Source: an uncultured Gemmatimonadales bacterium (GTDB lineage Bacteria > Gemmatimonadota > Gemmatimonadetes > Gemmatimonadales > Gemmatimonadaceae). Taken from it: 64,000 nucleotides of DNA. The position numbers and the translations under genes were made by a program. The DNA lies in NCBI GenBank assembly GCA_963701965.1, contig OY969695.1:3776001-3840000 (forward strand), read 5' to 3'. Shown here one piece after another: positions 51,116 through 61,340 of the stretch (position 1 is the stretch's first letter; the number at the start of each line of letters is the position of its first letter). The notes beneath the pieces are model-generated. The model did no database searches and was not told the origin of the DNA. It was given only the letters and a program-made list of their open reading frames with translations.

Positions 51116-53679
51116 TCCCGGTCAATGATCCCTCGCGTCTGGAGCGTCCCCAGGATCGCCGCCGCCGCGGCCCGGTGTCCCTCGGCCGTCCAATGCCAGG
51201 CGTTGGGATAGTAGGTCGGTTGCGGCTGGTGCGACGTCAACGGTCCGGCGAGATCGATCAGCGGGACGCCGAGCGAATCCGTGATGTGCTGGAGCGCGGT
51301 GTAGGGGCGAAGCATGTCGTAGTGCTCCCGATCACTCAGCGGGATGCCCGACCGCGGGAGATAGGCGATCTGGTCGCGGGGGAGCACGCTGACGCCGGCC
51401 GGCGTGTAGAAAAGGAGCAGCGGCGCGCCGATCCGCTGGGCTTGGTCCCGGAATGCGGCGACGAACTGCGCCATGCGCGCCATGTTGGCCGAATCGTAGA
51501 ATGCGTTGTCGCCGCGGCGAAAGTACGGCAGCATGAGCTTCCACGCCTGGTCGGCCGATGGCTGTCCGGTGGCCGCGGCGACCACGGCGTCGTACCCGCC
51601 GCGCAGGTTCGCCGCGAGCTGCGAGCGATCGCGCAAGCTCCCGCGGACCGTGCCGCCGCCGCCGACGAGACCAATGCCGCGGCGCCGCTGATCCGCCTGA
51701 ATCGTGATGTCCTGCCAGTCGTTCACGAAGAACTCGTGGACCACCACGTTCGGCGTGAACAGCGGGCCCAGCTCGCGAAACTGCGGCAGCTCTTCGAGCG
51801 GGCCGTAGCCCGTCACCCCGGCGTTGATCACCTCGACGGGCCGGGGCGCCAGGCACCGGGACAGCGCGGTCTGGAGCAGCGCGGGATACGACTCCTCGTA
51901 GGGCAACGCCTCGGGCATCGTGAACGCGTCGCCCATCGTCAGGACGCGAAACGTGTTGGCGTCGGCGCGCACCGGCGGGACCTCGGGGCTCGCCAGCCCG
52001 AACGAGTTCGTCCGGACCGTGTAGTCGTACTCGTTGTACCGGAGGTGGGTGACCTTGTTGGGGATGAGCGCGAACGCGCGCGTGGGATGGATGGCCAACG
52101 CGGGACGTTCCCCCCAGCCGCCGACCTCGCGCGGCGCGACGCGCCCCGCCGCCAGCTCCGCGGCCGCGAGCACCGCGGCCGCGCCAAGGCCTCCCACGAG
52201 CCACGGCCGGCGGGCGCGCATCGCGTCGGCGACCCCCACGGCCCCGGCGACGACCAGCGCGATGACCGCCGCGAGATAGCCGGAGCCGGCGGGAACCACG
52301 AACAGGGCCAGGAGCGAGGCGAGCGCCGCTGCGCGGCGCGCTTCGCGGCGCGCCATCGGCGCGCCCGCGTCGGCAATCTCGAGCCAAATCAAGGCGATGG
52401 CGTCGACGGCGAGGAGCCAGCAGAGCGCGCGTTGCCAGCGGCCATCGGGGGTGAGCTGCGGCTCGAAGGCGATCAGCACCGGGAGCACGAATGCCGCACT
52501 GAGCCACGAGAGCGGTGCGGCGACGCGACGGAGCGTAGCGACGCCGTCGCGTTGGATCGCGCGGACCGCCCGTTCGATACCAACCGCTATCGGCCAGGAC
52601 AGGACGAGCACGCCGGCGGCGGCGAGCATGTGGGCCGTGCAATGATCGCCGAGCCAGGCGGCCGTCCACTTGAGCGGCGGCTGATGGAGCAGGAAGATCG
52701 CGTAGGAGGCCGCGCCGAGCCGCTGCCACGGCGCCGCGCGCGCGGTGGAGCGCGCAACCGCGTAGAACACGCCCGTCATTCCCAACGTGACGAGCAAGTT
52801 GGACACGACCACTGTGGGTAAAAAGCAGGACGCGGCGAGTCCGGCAATGTAGCAGAGGATAGCGGCGGGCAACACGCGGGCCACCGGGGGCTCGTGGGCT
52901 CCGCGCGCCAGCCACCACGCCACGACCATGCCGGCGGCGAATTCCGCGAGGCGGCTGCCGAAGAAAAGGCCGGTCAACCAGTAGTACCGTATCGACGGCA
53001 GGAAAAGGCCTACGCTCCGCGAGACCACCGTCAGCGCGACGGCCACGGCGAAAAAACGCCAGGGCCCCAGGCGGTTGAGGCCCCGCAGCAGCAGCGGGTA
53101 GACAAGATAGAGCTGCAGGACGAGCCAGACGAACCACCACGCGGGCGAGATATAGAAGAAGAGGCCCCGCGTGAAGCGCAGGCCGGCGACGCTCAACAGG
53201 GTCGCCGGCGATCCGAACGACAGCGTGTTCCCCGGCACGAGCAGCGCGCCCGCCAGCACCACCACGTGCATGGCGATGTATAGGGGATACAAGCGCAGCA
53301 GCCGCCGGCGGTAGAACGCGCCGCGGTCGCGATCGCGGTCGCGATCGCGGTCGGGGTGTTGGAGTGCCGACAGCGTGAGTCCGACGCCGCTGGCAAAGAT
53401 GAAGACCCCCGGAGCCGCGTCGCCGAGCCAACCCAAGAGGCGCACCGCGCGCCAGAACGGCGACGGGTCGTGCGGGACGAGCGTCGCCAACCGGGTCGAC
53501 AGGGCCGGCCAGTTGGCGCTGGGGTTCGTGAACCAGGGACCGGGGCCGAATTCCTCGACGAAATGGTTGAGGAGGATCCCCAGAATGGCGAATGCCTTGA
53601 TGGGATCGAGCCAATCGAGACGCCGTTCCGGAGCCGCGGCGGCGGGTCGTGCATCGCGCACCGCGCTCGCGATGGTCAC
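51103..53679 (-). CDS. Acyltransferase-3 fused to an SGNH (AlgX/AlgJ-like) domain
   Basis: RLDWLD..K, F...SG, RRLLRLYP, WFV..VLQLY; C-terminal MGDAFT, INAGV.GY, HWT..GH. Confidence 0.85.
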   Translation of the reverse strand: MTIASAVRDARPAAAAPERRLDWLDPIKAFAILGILLNHFVEEFGPGPWFTNPSANWPALSTRLATLVPHDPSPFWRAVRLLGWLGDAAPGVFIFASGVGLTLSALQHPDRDRDRDRDRGAFYRRRLLRLYPLYIAMHVVVLAGALLVPGNTLSFGSPATLLSVAGLRFTRGLFFYISPAWWFVWLVLQLYLVYPLLLRGLNRLGPWRFFAVAVALTVVSRSVGLFLPSIRYYWLTGLFFGSRLAEFAAGMVVAWWLARGAHEPPVARVLPAAILCYIAGLAASCFLPTVVVSNLLVTLGMTGVFYAVARSTARAAPWQRLGAASYAIFLLHQPPLKWTAAWLGDHCTAHMLAAAGVLVLSWPIAVGIERAVRAIQRDGVATLRRVAAPLSWLSAAFVLPVLIAFEPQLTPDGRWQRALCWLLAVDAIALIWLEIADAGAPMARREARRAAALASLLALFVVPAGSGYLAAVIALVVAGAVGVADAMRARRPWLVGGLGAAAVLAAAELAAGRVAPREVGGWGERPALAIHPTRAFALIPNKVTHLRYNEYDYTVRTNSFGLASPEVPPVRADANTFRVLTMGDAFTMPEALPYEESYPALLQTALSRCLAPRPVEVINAGVTGYGPLEELPQFRELGPLFTPNVVVHEFFVNDWQDITIQADQRRRGIGLVGGGGTVRGSLRDRSQLAANLRGGYDAVVAAATGQPSADQAWKLMLPYFRRGDNAFYDSANMARMAQFVAAFRDQAQRIGAPLLLFYTPAGVSVLPRDQIAYLPRSGIPLSDREHYDMLRPYTALQHITDSLGVPLIDLAGPLTSHQPQPTYYPNAWHWTAEGHRAAAAAILGTLQTRGIIDRECAL

Positions 53680-55421
53680 GGCGTGGCGATCGCCGACGCT
53701 CCCGCGCCGCCGAGGGCCCGCTCCACCAACGCGCTCCGAAACGGCACGACGCCCGCCGGCGCGCGCACTGCGCCTGGGTCGGTGATGGCGCAGCCGGTGA
53801 CGCACGTCCCGGCGAGCCGCTGCACCTCGACGAACCGGACCTGATTGAACACATCCGGCGCGTAGCGGCCGTTGAGAAACTCGATCGTGTCCAGCACCTC
53901 GTTGGCCAGGCCCCGCTCCATCATCCGGAATCCGGCGTACACGCTCTCCACGAGTTTGGGCGACGGCACCGTGGTGCCGCGTCCGATTCCCGTGTAGACG
54001 AGCTTCCCGCCGATCTCACCGGGCTTGTAGAGATTGCACCCATCGATGAGCGCGCGCGCCTTCGGCGCGGCGCGCAGCATGGCGTCGCGTCCCGCGGCCA
54101 GATAGTCGCGGTGCGCCGTGCACATGATCAGCACATCGGCATCGCGGACCGCGGCGGCCAGGTCGTTCGTGAAATACGGCGTCAGAGAAAACTTGGCCAA
54201 ATTCTGGTCGTCGCCTTTCACGTAGGGATCGTGGATCGTCACCGTGCACCCGCGGTCGAGCAGCAGCCGGGCGAGCGACAGCGTCGGCGAGTTGCGCGTA
54301 TCCTCGGAGTTGAACCGGTAGGCGGCGCCGAGCAGGGCCACCGACCGTCCGTCGATGGCACCGACCTTCTTCTCGGCGAGCCGCACGGTCTCCGCGGGGG
54401 ACGCGTCGTTGATCTTGCGCGCCTCGAGGATGAGGCTCCGCTCGGTGTCGGCGCCGCTCTCGATGCGCCGCCACCAGAACAGAATGCCGTCCTTTGGCAA
54501 GCAGTGCCCCCCGACCCCGATCGTGGGAATGAGCAACCCGCCACTGGGGACGGCGTTGGGATCGAGCGACGCGTTGTCGGCTTGGGCCAGCCGCGTGTTG
54601 ACCTGGTCGCGGACGGCGTAGAAGTCCACGTCGACCTCGTCGCAGGCCCGGGCCACTTCCGCCGAGTAGGCGATCCGGACGTCGCGGTAGGCGTTCTCCA
54701 GCGTCTTGACCGCTTCCGCGGTCATGCTGTTGGTGGGATACAAGGTCCCGCCGGTGACGATCCGGGCATACAGCCGGCGAATCAGCTCCGGCGTCGCCGG
54801 GTGCAGTCCGGCCACGAGCTTGTCGCTAGCGGCGACGCGCTCGACCAGGCGCCCAGGCATGACGCGATTGGGGCTGTTCCCGAGCAGCACGTCACGCCCT
54901 TCGATGAGCCCGTACGTGGCGAAATGCTCGCGCACCAGCGTGGTCATCGACGAGGGCGCGAGGGTCGACTCGAATACGATGAGCGGGATGTTCCCTTTGG
55001 GTCGTTGGCGCAGCTGCTCGCCGACGTGTCCCAGGGCCTCGAACAGTGGCCCGTAGTCGGGGCCGAAGCCTTTCTTGTCGGTCTGGACGCACACGAGAAT
55101 CACGTCCGCGTCCCGGAGTCCGGCGGGGTCGGACGTCGCCGACAGGAAACCGGCGGCGACCGACTCGGCGACGATCCGGTCGAGATCCGGCTCCACGCCG
55201 CCGATCGGCGAACGGCCCGCGTTGATGGCGTCGACCTTCCAACCCAATGTCGGTGAGGCGCGCTGCACGACCAACACGCGGGCCGGTTCCTGGCTTCCCT
55301 CGCGAATGCGGGCGTGGGCGAGGAGGGCGGCCATCGGCATCCCGACGATCCCGGGGCCGATGACGGCGATTTTCTTGACGTGCCAATCGCGAACGCGATC
55401 GTGATCCAGTGTCAGAGGCAT
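53676..55421 (-). CDS. Nucleotide-sugar dehydrogenase (UDP-glucose/GDP-mannose family) with a C-terminal extension
   Basis: GPGIVG, CVQT, ESTLAP, K..ENAYRD, GVGGHCLPKD. Confidence 0.9.
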   Translation of the reverse strand: MPLTLDHDRVRDWHVKKIAVIGPGIVGMPMAALLAHARIREGSQEPARVLVVQRASPTLGWKVDAINAGRSPIGGVEPDLDRIVAESVAAGFLSATSDPAGLRDADVILVCVQTDKKGFGPDYGPLFEALGHVGEQLRQRPKGNIPLIVFESTLAPSSMTTLVREHFATYGLIEGRDVLLGNSPNRVMPGRLVERVAASDKLVAGLHPATPELIRRLYARIVTGGTLYPTNSMTAEAVKTLENAYRDVRIAYSAEVARACDEVDVDFYAVRDQVNTRLAQADNASLDPNAVPSGGLLIPTIGVGGHCLPKDGILFWWRRIESGADTERSLILEARKINDASPAETVRLAEKKVGAIDGRSVALLGAAYRFNSEDTRNSPTLSLARLLLDRGCTVTIHDPYVKGDDQNLAKFSLTPYFTNDLAAAVRDADVLIMCTAHRDYLAAGRDAMLRAAPKARALIDGCNLYKPGEIGGKLVYTGIGRGTTVPSPKLVESVYAGFRMMERGLANEVLDTIEFLNGRYAPDVFNQVRFVEVQRLAGTCVTGCAITDPGAVRAPAGVVPFRSALVERALGGAGASAIATP

Positions 55422-55428
55422 TTGGTCT

Positions 55429-57310
55429 CTAGGCGTCGATGAACTGTCGGTACCACAACTCGAGATTGAGCAGACCCCACAAGCGGCGTCCGAACGCCGC
55501 TTCGTCCCGCATGAGCTTCTCCACTTCCCCCACGTCGAAGATCCCGCGCTCGCGGGCCCGCGACGACAGCAGCACATCGGCGAAGAAATCGCGGGAGGCG
55601 CCCTTGGCCCACAGGTGCAGCGGGACGGGGAACCCCATCTTGTCCTTGCGCTCCATGATCGAACGCGGCAGCAGCTGGGACGTGGCGCGTTTCAGGATGT
55701 ATTTCAATTCGCCGCCCCGGAACTTCATGCGCGGCGGCATGCTGGTCACCAATTCGGTGAGACGATAGTCGAGGAGCGGCACGCGCGACTCCAGTGACGC
55801 CGCCATGCTGACGCGATCCTCCACGTGCAGCAGCGCCGGCAGATTCGTCACCAGGTCGAAGTGCGTCATCTTGTTGTAGTACGACTGCGTCTCGGGGTGG
55901 TTGAACACCCGCTGGAACCGCGCGAACAGATCCTCCGGGTCGTACGTCGAGCGAAAATCGCCGCTGAAGAGACCCAGCGCGCCGCCGCTCCGGTCGATGA
56001 GGCGGAAGTACCGCCGATCCATCGGCTCGAAGAGATCCTGCCGCCAGAATTGCTGCATCATCGGCGCGTACTGGCGCAGCGATGGCAAATTCGGGATGAT
56101 CGACTTGAGGGAGACGATGTGCTCGGCTTCCTCGGTCGTCTCGAACATCGCGCCCTTGATGGCTTGCTCGAGGTAGGCCACGAGATAGCGCGCGTAGCCG
56201 CCGAAGATCTCGTCGCCTCCCTGGCCGCCCAACACGACCTTCACGTGTTGCGCGGCACACCGGGCCACCATGAACTGGGGGAAGAGACCGGGACCGGCCA
56301 CCGGCTCGTCCATTCTGGTAGACCATGCGCGGCATGAGGTCGACGAACTGCCGCTCAGTGGGGATGATCTCGTGCACCCGGGCGCCGCAGGCCCGCGCCA
56401 CTTCGTTCGCGTACCGCCGCTCGTCGAACTCGGGTCCCTCGGCGAACGCGCCCGTGAACGTCTGCAGCGGCTCGCCCACCAGCGGCGCCGCGAGCATCGA
56501 CACGATGCTCGAATCCATGCCCCCGCTGAGATAGGCGCCGACCGGGACGTCGCTCCGAAGCTGCAGCCGGATGGCGTCATCGAGCAGCCGCCGGACTTCG
56601 ACGACGAAGTATTCCTCGGTGTGGTACGGATCGATCGAAAACCGCGGCTCCCAGAACTGCTCCGTGCGCACCTGGCCCGAGGCCAGATCGATGATCTGGT
56701 AATAGCCCGGTTGCAGCTTCCGGATCCGGTCGAACAGCGTGCGGTCGCCCGTGACGAACTGGAACGTCACGTACTCGCGCAGCGAGTCGTGGTCGACGGC
56801 CCGGGGCACGTCCGGATGCCGGAACAGCGCCTTGATCTCCGAGGCGAAGACGAACTGCCGCTCGTCCGCGTAGTAATAGAACGGCTTGATCCCAAAGTGA
56901 TCGCGCGCCGTGAACACCACCTGGCGTTCCCGGTCATGGATCGCGAAGGCGAACATGCCGTTGAGCAGCTTCACGCACTCGGGGCCGTGGACGGCGTACA
57001 TCGCCAGGATGACTTCGGTGTCCGACGTCGTCCGAAAACACCATCCGCGCGCGGCCAGTTCGGCGCGCAGCTCGATATAGTTGTAGATCTCGCCGTTGAA
57101 GACGATCGTGAGCGGCCCCGCCGTCATCGGCTGGTGGCCGGTGGTCAGGTCAATGATCGCCAGCCGCTTGAAGTGAAAGCCCAGTGCGCCATCGACGAAG
57201 TTGCCCTCGTCGTCGGGACCGCGATGCTTGATGGCATCGCCCATGGCATCGAGCAGGGCTGGACTCACGGCCCGCCCGTCGAAGTTGATGATGCCGGCGA
57301 TGCCGCACAT
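55429..57310 (-). CDS. asnB: Asparagine synthase-like glutamine amidotransferase, +1 frameshift at ~56313
   Basis: MCGIAG, HRGPD, NGEIYN, LSGGMDSS, GQGGDEIFGGY, ESRVPLLD; TACCAGAATGGAC minus one A gives YQMDEP. Confidence 0.92.
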
Positions 57311-57313
57311 GGG

Positions 57314-58300
57314 TCAGGCCGCCACCGGCAGCGCCGGTCGTGCGGGAATGGCCGCGCGGGCGGCGATCGCGCGCGCGTGGGTGCTCATGTTCACCAGCTG
57401 GAAATGCCGGCCCAGCGCGCCCATCACGCGGGCGAACACCTGCGCCTTGCGGCGGCCGGTGATGTCCATGCCGGGAAAGAAGCGGAGCGCCGGCGCCTGG
57501 TCCCCGCCCAGCAGATCGAGGGGATGCAGCAGGAAGCTGGGCTCGGTCCCCGTGAGGCGGCAGGCGGCAATGGCGGTCTGCAGGTACGCCATCATCAGGC
57601 TGTCGGAGATCCGGCTCAGATAGAGCAGGTAGCTCAGGTGAAACGGGGTCTTGATGCCGGGTATGGTGGTGACGGGAATCTCCAACAACGACCGTCCCGA
57701 CGGCAGCTGCCACCGGTACGGGGTGACCGGCCGCATTCCGTCGCGCCACGTGCCGAAGAGGGCGCCGCGCTCGGCGCGCTGCTCGGGCGTGAGCTTGGCC
57801 GTGCGGAAGTAATAGGCGCGGGCCAGCGGCCCCAAATACGTGGGGAGGGTCGACGCGTCGTAGAGATAGCCGCGATCGGTCAGGATCTCGAGCAGCGTGG
57901 GACTCCAGCTGAACCCCGGTCCCCGAAATCCCACGGGCCGCTGGCCGGTCGCCGCGACGATGCTGTCCTCCGCGGTCGCGATCTCGGCGCGCAGCTGCTC
58001 CACCGTGTAGCGGTGGAGCCAAGGCTCGTGCTCGTGCGAGTGATTCCCGACTTCGTGGCCGGCTCCCACCGCCGCGCGCAGCGCGCCGTGGTTGGCCGGC
58101 GATGCGGCGTCGATGCCGACGATCATGAACGTGATCTTGGGGCGGCCCTCCAGCTTGTCGAGGGCCTCGAGCGCGGCCGAGAAGAAGATGTCGTAATACG
58201 ACGGGCGGGACTCCCAGCCGGGATCCCCGTGCGTCTTCATGTACGACCACAGGTTATCGACGTCGAGCGAAACGCTCGCCAGAGGGCGTGGGTCGGGCAT
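57314..58300 (-). CDS. Polysaccharide deacetylase family protein
   Basis: SLDVDN, GHEVGNHS, GFRGPG, YDAS, LHPLD. Confidence 0.88.
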   Translation of the reverse strand: MPDPRPLASVSLDVDNLWSYMKTHGDPGWESRPSYYDIFFSAALEALDKLEGRPKITFMIVGIDAASPANHGALRAAVGAGHEVGNHSHEHEPWLHRYTVEQLRAEIATAEDSIVAATGQRPVGFRGPGFSWSPTLLEILTDRGYLYDASTLPTYLGPLARAYYFRTAKLTPEQRAERGALFGTWRDGMRPVTPYRWQLPSGRSLLEIPVTTIPGIKTPFHLSYLLYLSRISDSLMMAYLQTAIAACRLTGTEPSFLLHPLDLLGGDQAPALRFFPGMDITGRRKAQVFARVMGALGRHFQLVNMSTHARAIAARAAIPARPALPVAA

Positions 58301-58317
58301 AGGACCGAGTGGACCGG

Positions 58318-59673
58318 TCAGGCGGCGGCCGGCACGGGTGCTACCGTGCCGAGCACAGGGGCCAGAGCCGCCGCCTGCCGGTGTGCCAAGGCCAACGTCT
58401 CGTTCACGTTCAACGTGCCGTTGGCGATCTGTGCCGAGTTGACGATGAACACCCGGTCAATGGACGTGCGAAGCGGAGGAAGCAACGTGCGGGAATAGTC
58501 GAGGGTCGAGACGGCGAGCACCTCGCGCACGCGCGCGGTCTGCGTCGCCACGACCTGGGAGCGATTGAAGTGGGGGTACATCCGTTCCAGCGTACCAATG
58601 GACTCTTCGAGGATCTCGGCGTCGGACCGGCCCCAGTCGGCCGCATCCTGCGCCAGATAGCGCGGGAGGTACACGAGCGACCGCCCGCCGAACGTCGACC
58701 GGTCGACCAATGCCGTCATCTCGATCACGGCCGTGAACGGCACCCAGCTCTCGGTGATGTTGGTGACGTAGTACTCGGCCAGCGGCTTTTCGAGCAACAG
58801 CGACGGGCAGATGATGCCCTGGTACGTGACGTTGCTCAGCCGCTGCTTCTCGCCGTCCGTCAATTGGGGGCACAGCGCCGCCACCCGACCGCACGGCACC
58901 GTCAGGATGACCGCGTCGAATTCCCGGGTCTCGCCTTCGGCGAAACTCAGGGTTGCGCCGTCCGGCGCACCCTCGACGCTCGTGACCGGTGATCCCGTCA
59001 CGATCGTGACGCCCTGGGATTCGAGGTACGTCCGGAGGCGTTTCAGCACCGTGTCGTAACCACCGGCGACATAGCCGAACATCTCCTGCTTGAGCCCCGA
59101 ACGACGCGCGGCGTACATCCGGGCGATGATGGCCCAAATAAACGAGGCGCTCGCCTTGGCGTAGTTCGCGCCGAGTTTCGCGCGCAGCAACGGCAGCCAC
59201 ACGCGCTCGGTGGTACGGCGTCCGGACAGACGAGTGAGCCAATCCACGACTGGAATCTGCTCCAGGGGCTCACCTTCGGTGATCCGCGACGCCCGTAGGA
59301 TGGTGAGACCGAGACGAAGCTTGTCGATCAGCGACAGGGGCGGGAACCGCAGAAAATCGAGACTGCTCGACATCGAGTAGAGCTGCCCGTCGGTGTAGAA
59401 CCCGGTGCGCGTCGTCCGCCACTGGATGGTGTCGCCCAGCCCCAGGCGGTCCACCACGTCCCGGAGCGAGCGATCGGACAGCAGGGTGACGTGGTAGAAG
59501 CGATCCCACGTCACGTCGCCGATCTCGTGCGCCAATGCCAAGCCGCCGACGCGGGGCGCGCTCTCGAACACGGTGACGTCGTGTCCTTGCTCGCGCAGGT
59601 CCAGGGCCAGTCCCAGCCCCAGCATACCCCCGCCCACAATGCCGACGCGCCGCACGCGGTTTGGTGCGATCAC
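58318..59673 (-). CDS. NAD(P)/FAD-dependent oxidoreductase (amine oxidase/PPO-like)
   Basis: IVGGGMLG, FES...VGGL, WDRFYH; GTGA overlap with the upstream gene. Confidence 0.85.
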   Translation of the reverse strand: MIAPNRVRRVGIVGGGMLGLGLALDLREQGHDVTVFESAPRVGGLALAHEIGDVTWDRFYHVTLLSDRSLRDVVDRLGLGDTIQWRTTRTGFYTDGQLYSMSSSLDFLRFPPLSLIDKLRLGLTILRASRITEGEPLEQIPVVDWLTRLSGRRTTERVWLPLLRAKLGANYAKASASFIWAIIARMYAARRSGLKQEMFGYVAGGYDTVLKRLRTYLESQGVTIVTGSPVTSVEGAPDGATLSFAEGETREFDAVILTVPCGRVAALCPQLTDGEKQRLSNVTYQGIICPSLLLEKPLAEYYVTNITESWVPFTAVIEMTALVDRSTFGGRSLVYLPRYLAQDAADWGRSDAEILEESIGTLERMYPHFNRSQVVATQTARVREVLAVSTLDYSRTLLPPLRTSIDRVFIVNSAQIANGTLNVNETLALAHRQAAALAPVLGTVAPVPAAA

Positions 59674-61340
59674 GACGTGCCCCGGAGCCGCAGGAGCGCC
59701 AGTCGGATCAGCAAGCCGACGTGGCCGCCGATCGTCCGCAGCACTTTCATCTTGGACCGCCCGATCATGCGCACTTCCAGCGTCGCCGGATACTCGACGA
59801 TCTTGGAACCCGAGAGATCGAGCCGTCCCAGCATCTCGGCCACGCCGAGGAAGCCGGTATTGGCGATCTGCACGTGCTCCAGGGCCGAACGCCGATACAC
59901 GCGGAAGCAGCTCGTGTACGTCGCCAGCTTCTGATGCAGCACCATCCGGTACAGGCGCGACAAGGTCTTGGACAAACCCAAGCGCCAACCGGGCACGTTC
60001 CGCACGGCGCCGGCGGCGTGATACGGCGACGCGGTCACCATGTCGACGCCCTCGGCCAGCAGCGGAATCATCTTGCCCAGCTCGTGCGGATCGTACGTGC
60101 AGTCGCAATCCATCGAGCAGACGACTTCCGTCGACGACCGGGTGATACCGGTCATGATGCCCGCCGCCACGCCTCGATTGTGCGCGTGGCGCACCATCAC
60201 GCAGTTCGGGCGCTCCCCGAAGATGCGGTGCAGGGCCTGCCACGTGCCGTCGGTGCTGTGATCATCGACGAACATGAACGTCATCTCGTATTGCGGCAGC
60301 TGCTTCTCGACGCTGTCCAACGTGTTGGCCAGGTACGGCAGGATCAGCTCTTCGTTGTAGCATGGAATGACGATCGTGACCGGCGTCCGTGTCGCCGGGA
60401 GCGCCAACGGCGTGGTCACGGCGGCCGTGGCGCCCGACGTGCGGGTGTGTAACTGCAGCGATGCTGGCGGCAGTTGCGCCGGCGCCAACTCGGCGCGCAG
60501 CGGCGCCGGATGCACCCCAATGTAGTCCGCCGCGTTGGTAAACCGGTACCGGCTCAGGTAGTAGCGCAGGTAGTCGGCCATGTGCGACAGATTGCGGTAC
60601 TGCCGCACCCGTTGCATCCACGGCGCCGAGTTGATCTTCGGCTGATCCGGATCCAGCTCCCACGTGTGGAAGTACATGACGAACGGCGCCGAGAAGCTCC
60701 GCGTCCAGTGTGCCACGCCGCGCCGGACCAGCGCGTGTGGGAACTGCCGGAAGTAGTTCCCGCCGGCAATGGGCACCAGGAAGCCGAGGACGTCGGCCGT
60801 CGAGATCGGCAACTCCCACAAGGTGCGCTCGCCGTACCGGTGCAAATGGGCGAAGCGACGCCACGGCTCGGCCGCGTACGACCGCAAGATCGGGCCGATA
60901 CTGGAATCGTACTCGTAGCCCTCTTCCGCCAGGACGTCCAACGCCCACAGATCTGCCGGCCGGAACCACTTGTCGGCCACGCGGTACCCGACGACGCGCT
61001 GCCCGCCCGCGCGCTCAATGGCCTCGCGCGAACGCGCCAGGTCATCCCGAAACTCGGCCGGCGTGAGCTGTTGGATCTCGCGGTGATAGTAGCCCTTGCT
61101 GGCGATCTCGTGGCCGCGCGCCGCCACCGCCCGCACCAGCTCCGGGAGCGTGTCGGCGACCCAGCCCAGCACGAAGAACGTCGCCTTGACGCCGTACTCG
61201 TCCAGCAGGTCGATCGTGCGCTCGGTCGACTGCTGGAGCCGCCGCTCGAAGCGATACCACTGCCCGCGCTGAATGAGACGGTTGAACGCGCCGACGTGGA
61301 AATAATCCTCGAGCGCCACCGTGAGGATGTGCGTCCCCAT
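59670..61340 (-). CDS. DUF3473 deacetylase fused to a polyprenol-phosphate GT2 domain
   Basis: LEDYFH, TFFVLGW, GGNYFR, FHTWELDP; then IPCYNEE, VDDHSTD, MDCDCTYDP, GRSKM. Confidence 0.85.
   Translation of the reverse strand: MGTHILTVALEDYFHVGAFNRLIQRGQWYRFERRLQQSTERTIDLLDEYGVKATFFVLGWVADTLPELVRAVAARGHEIASKGYYHREIQQLTPAEFRDDLARSREAIERAGGQRVVGYRVADKWFRPADLWALDVLAEEGYEYDSSIGPILRSYAAEPWRRFAHLHRYGERTLWELPISTADVLGFLVPIAGGNYFRQFPHALVRRGVAHWTRSFSAPFVMYFHTWELDPDQPKINSAPWMQRVRQYRNLSHMADYLRYYLSRYRFTNAADYIGVHPAPLRAELAPAQLPPASLQLHTRTSGATAAVTTPLALPATRTPVTIVIPCYNEELILPYLANTLDSVEKQLPQYEMTFMFVDDHSTDGTWQALHRIFGERPNCVMVRHAHNRGVAAGIMTGITRSSTEVVCSMDCDCTYDPHELGKMIPLLAEGVDMVTASPYHAAGAVRNVPGWRLGLSKTLSRLYRMVLHQKLATYTSCFRVYRRSALEHVQIANTGFLGVAEMLGRLDLSGSKIVEYPATLEVRMIGRSKMKVLRTIGGHVGLLIRLALLRLRGTS

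Noticed and set aside
19914..57310. metH, the Ig-protein gene and asnB as true pseudogenes
   Set aside because: Each has one identical-context insertion and otherwise intact motifs, so sequencing error is more parsimonious.
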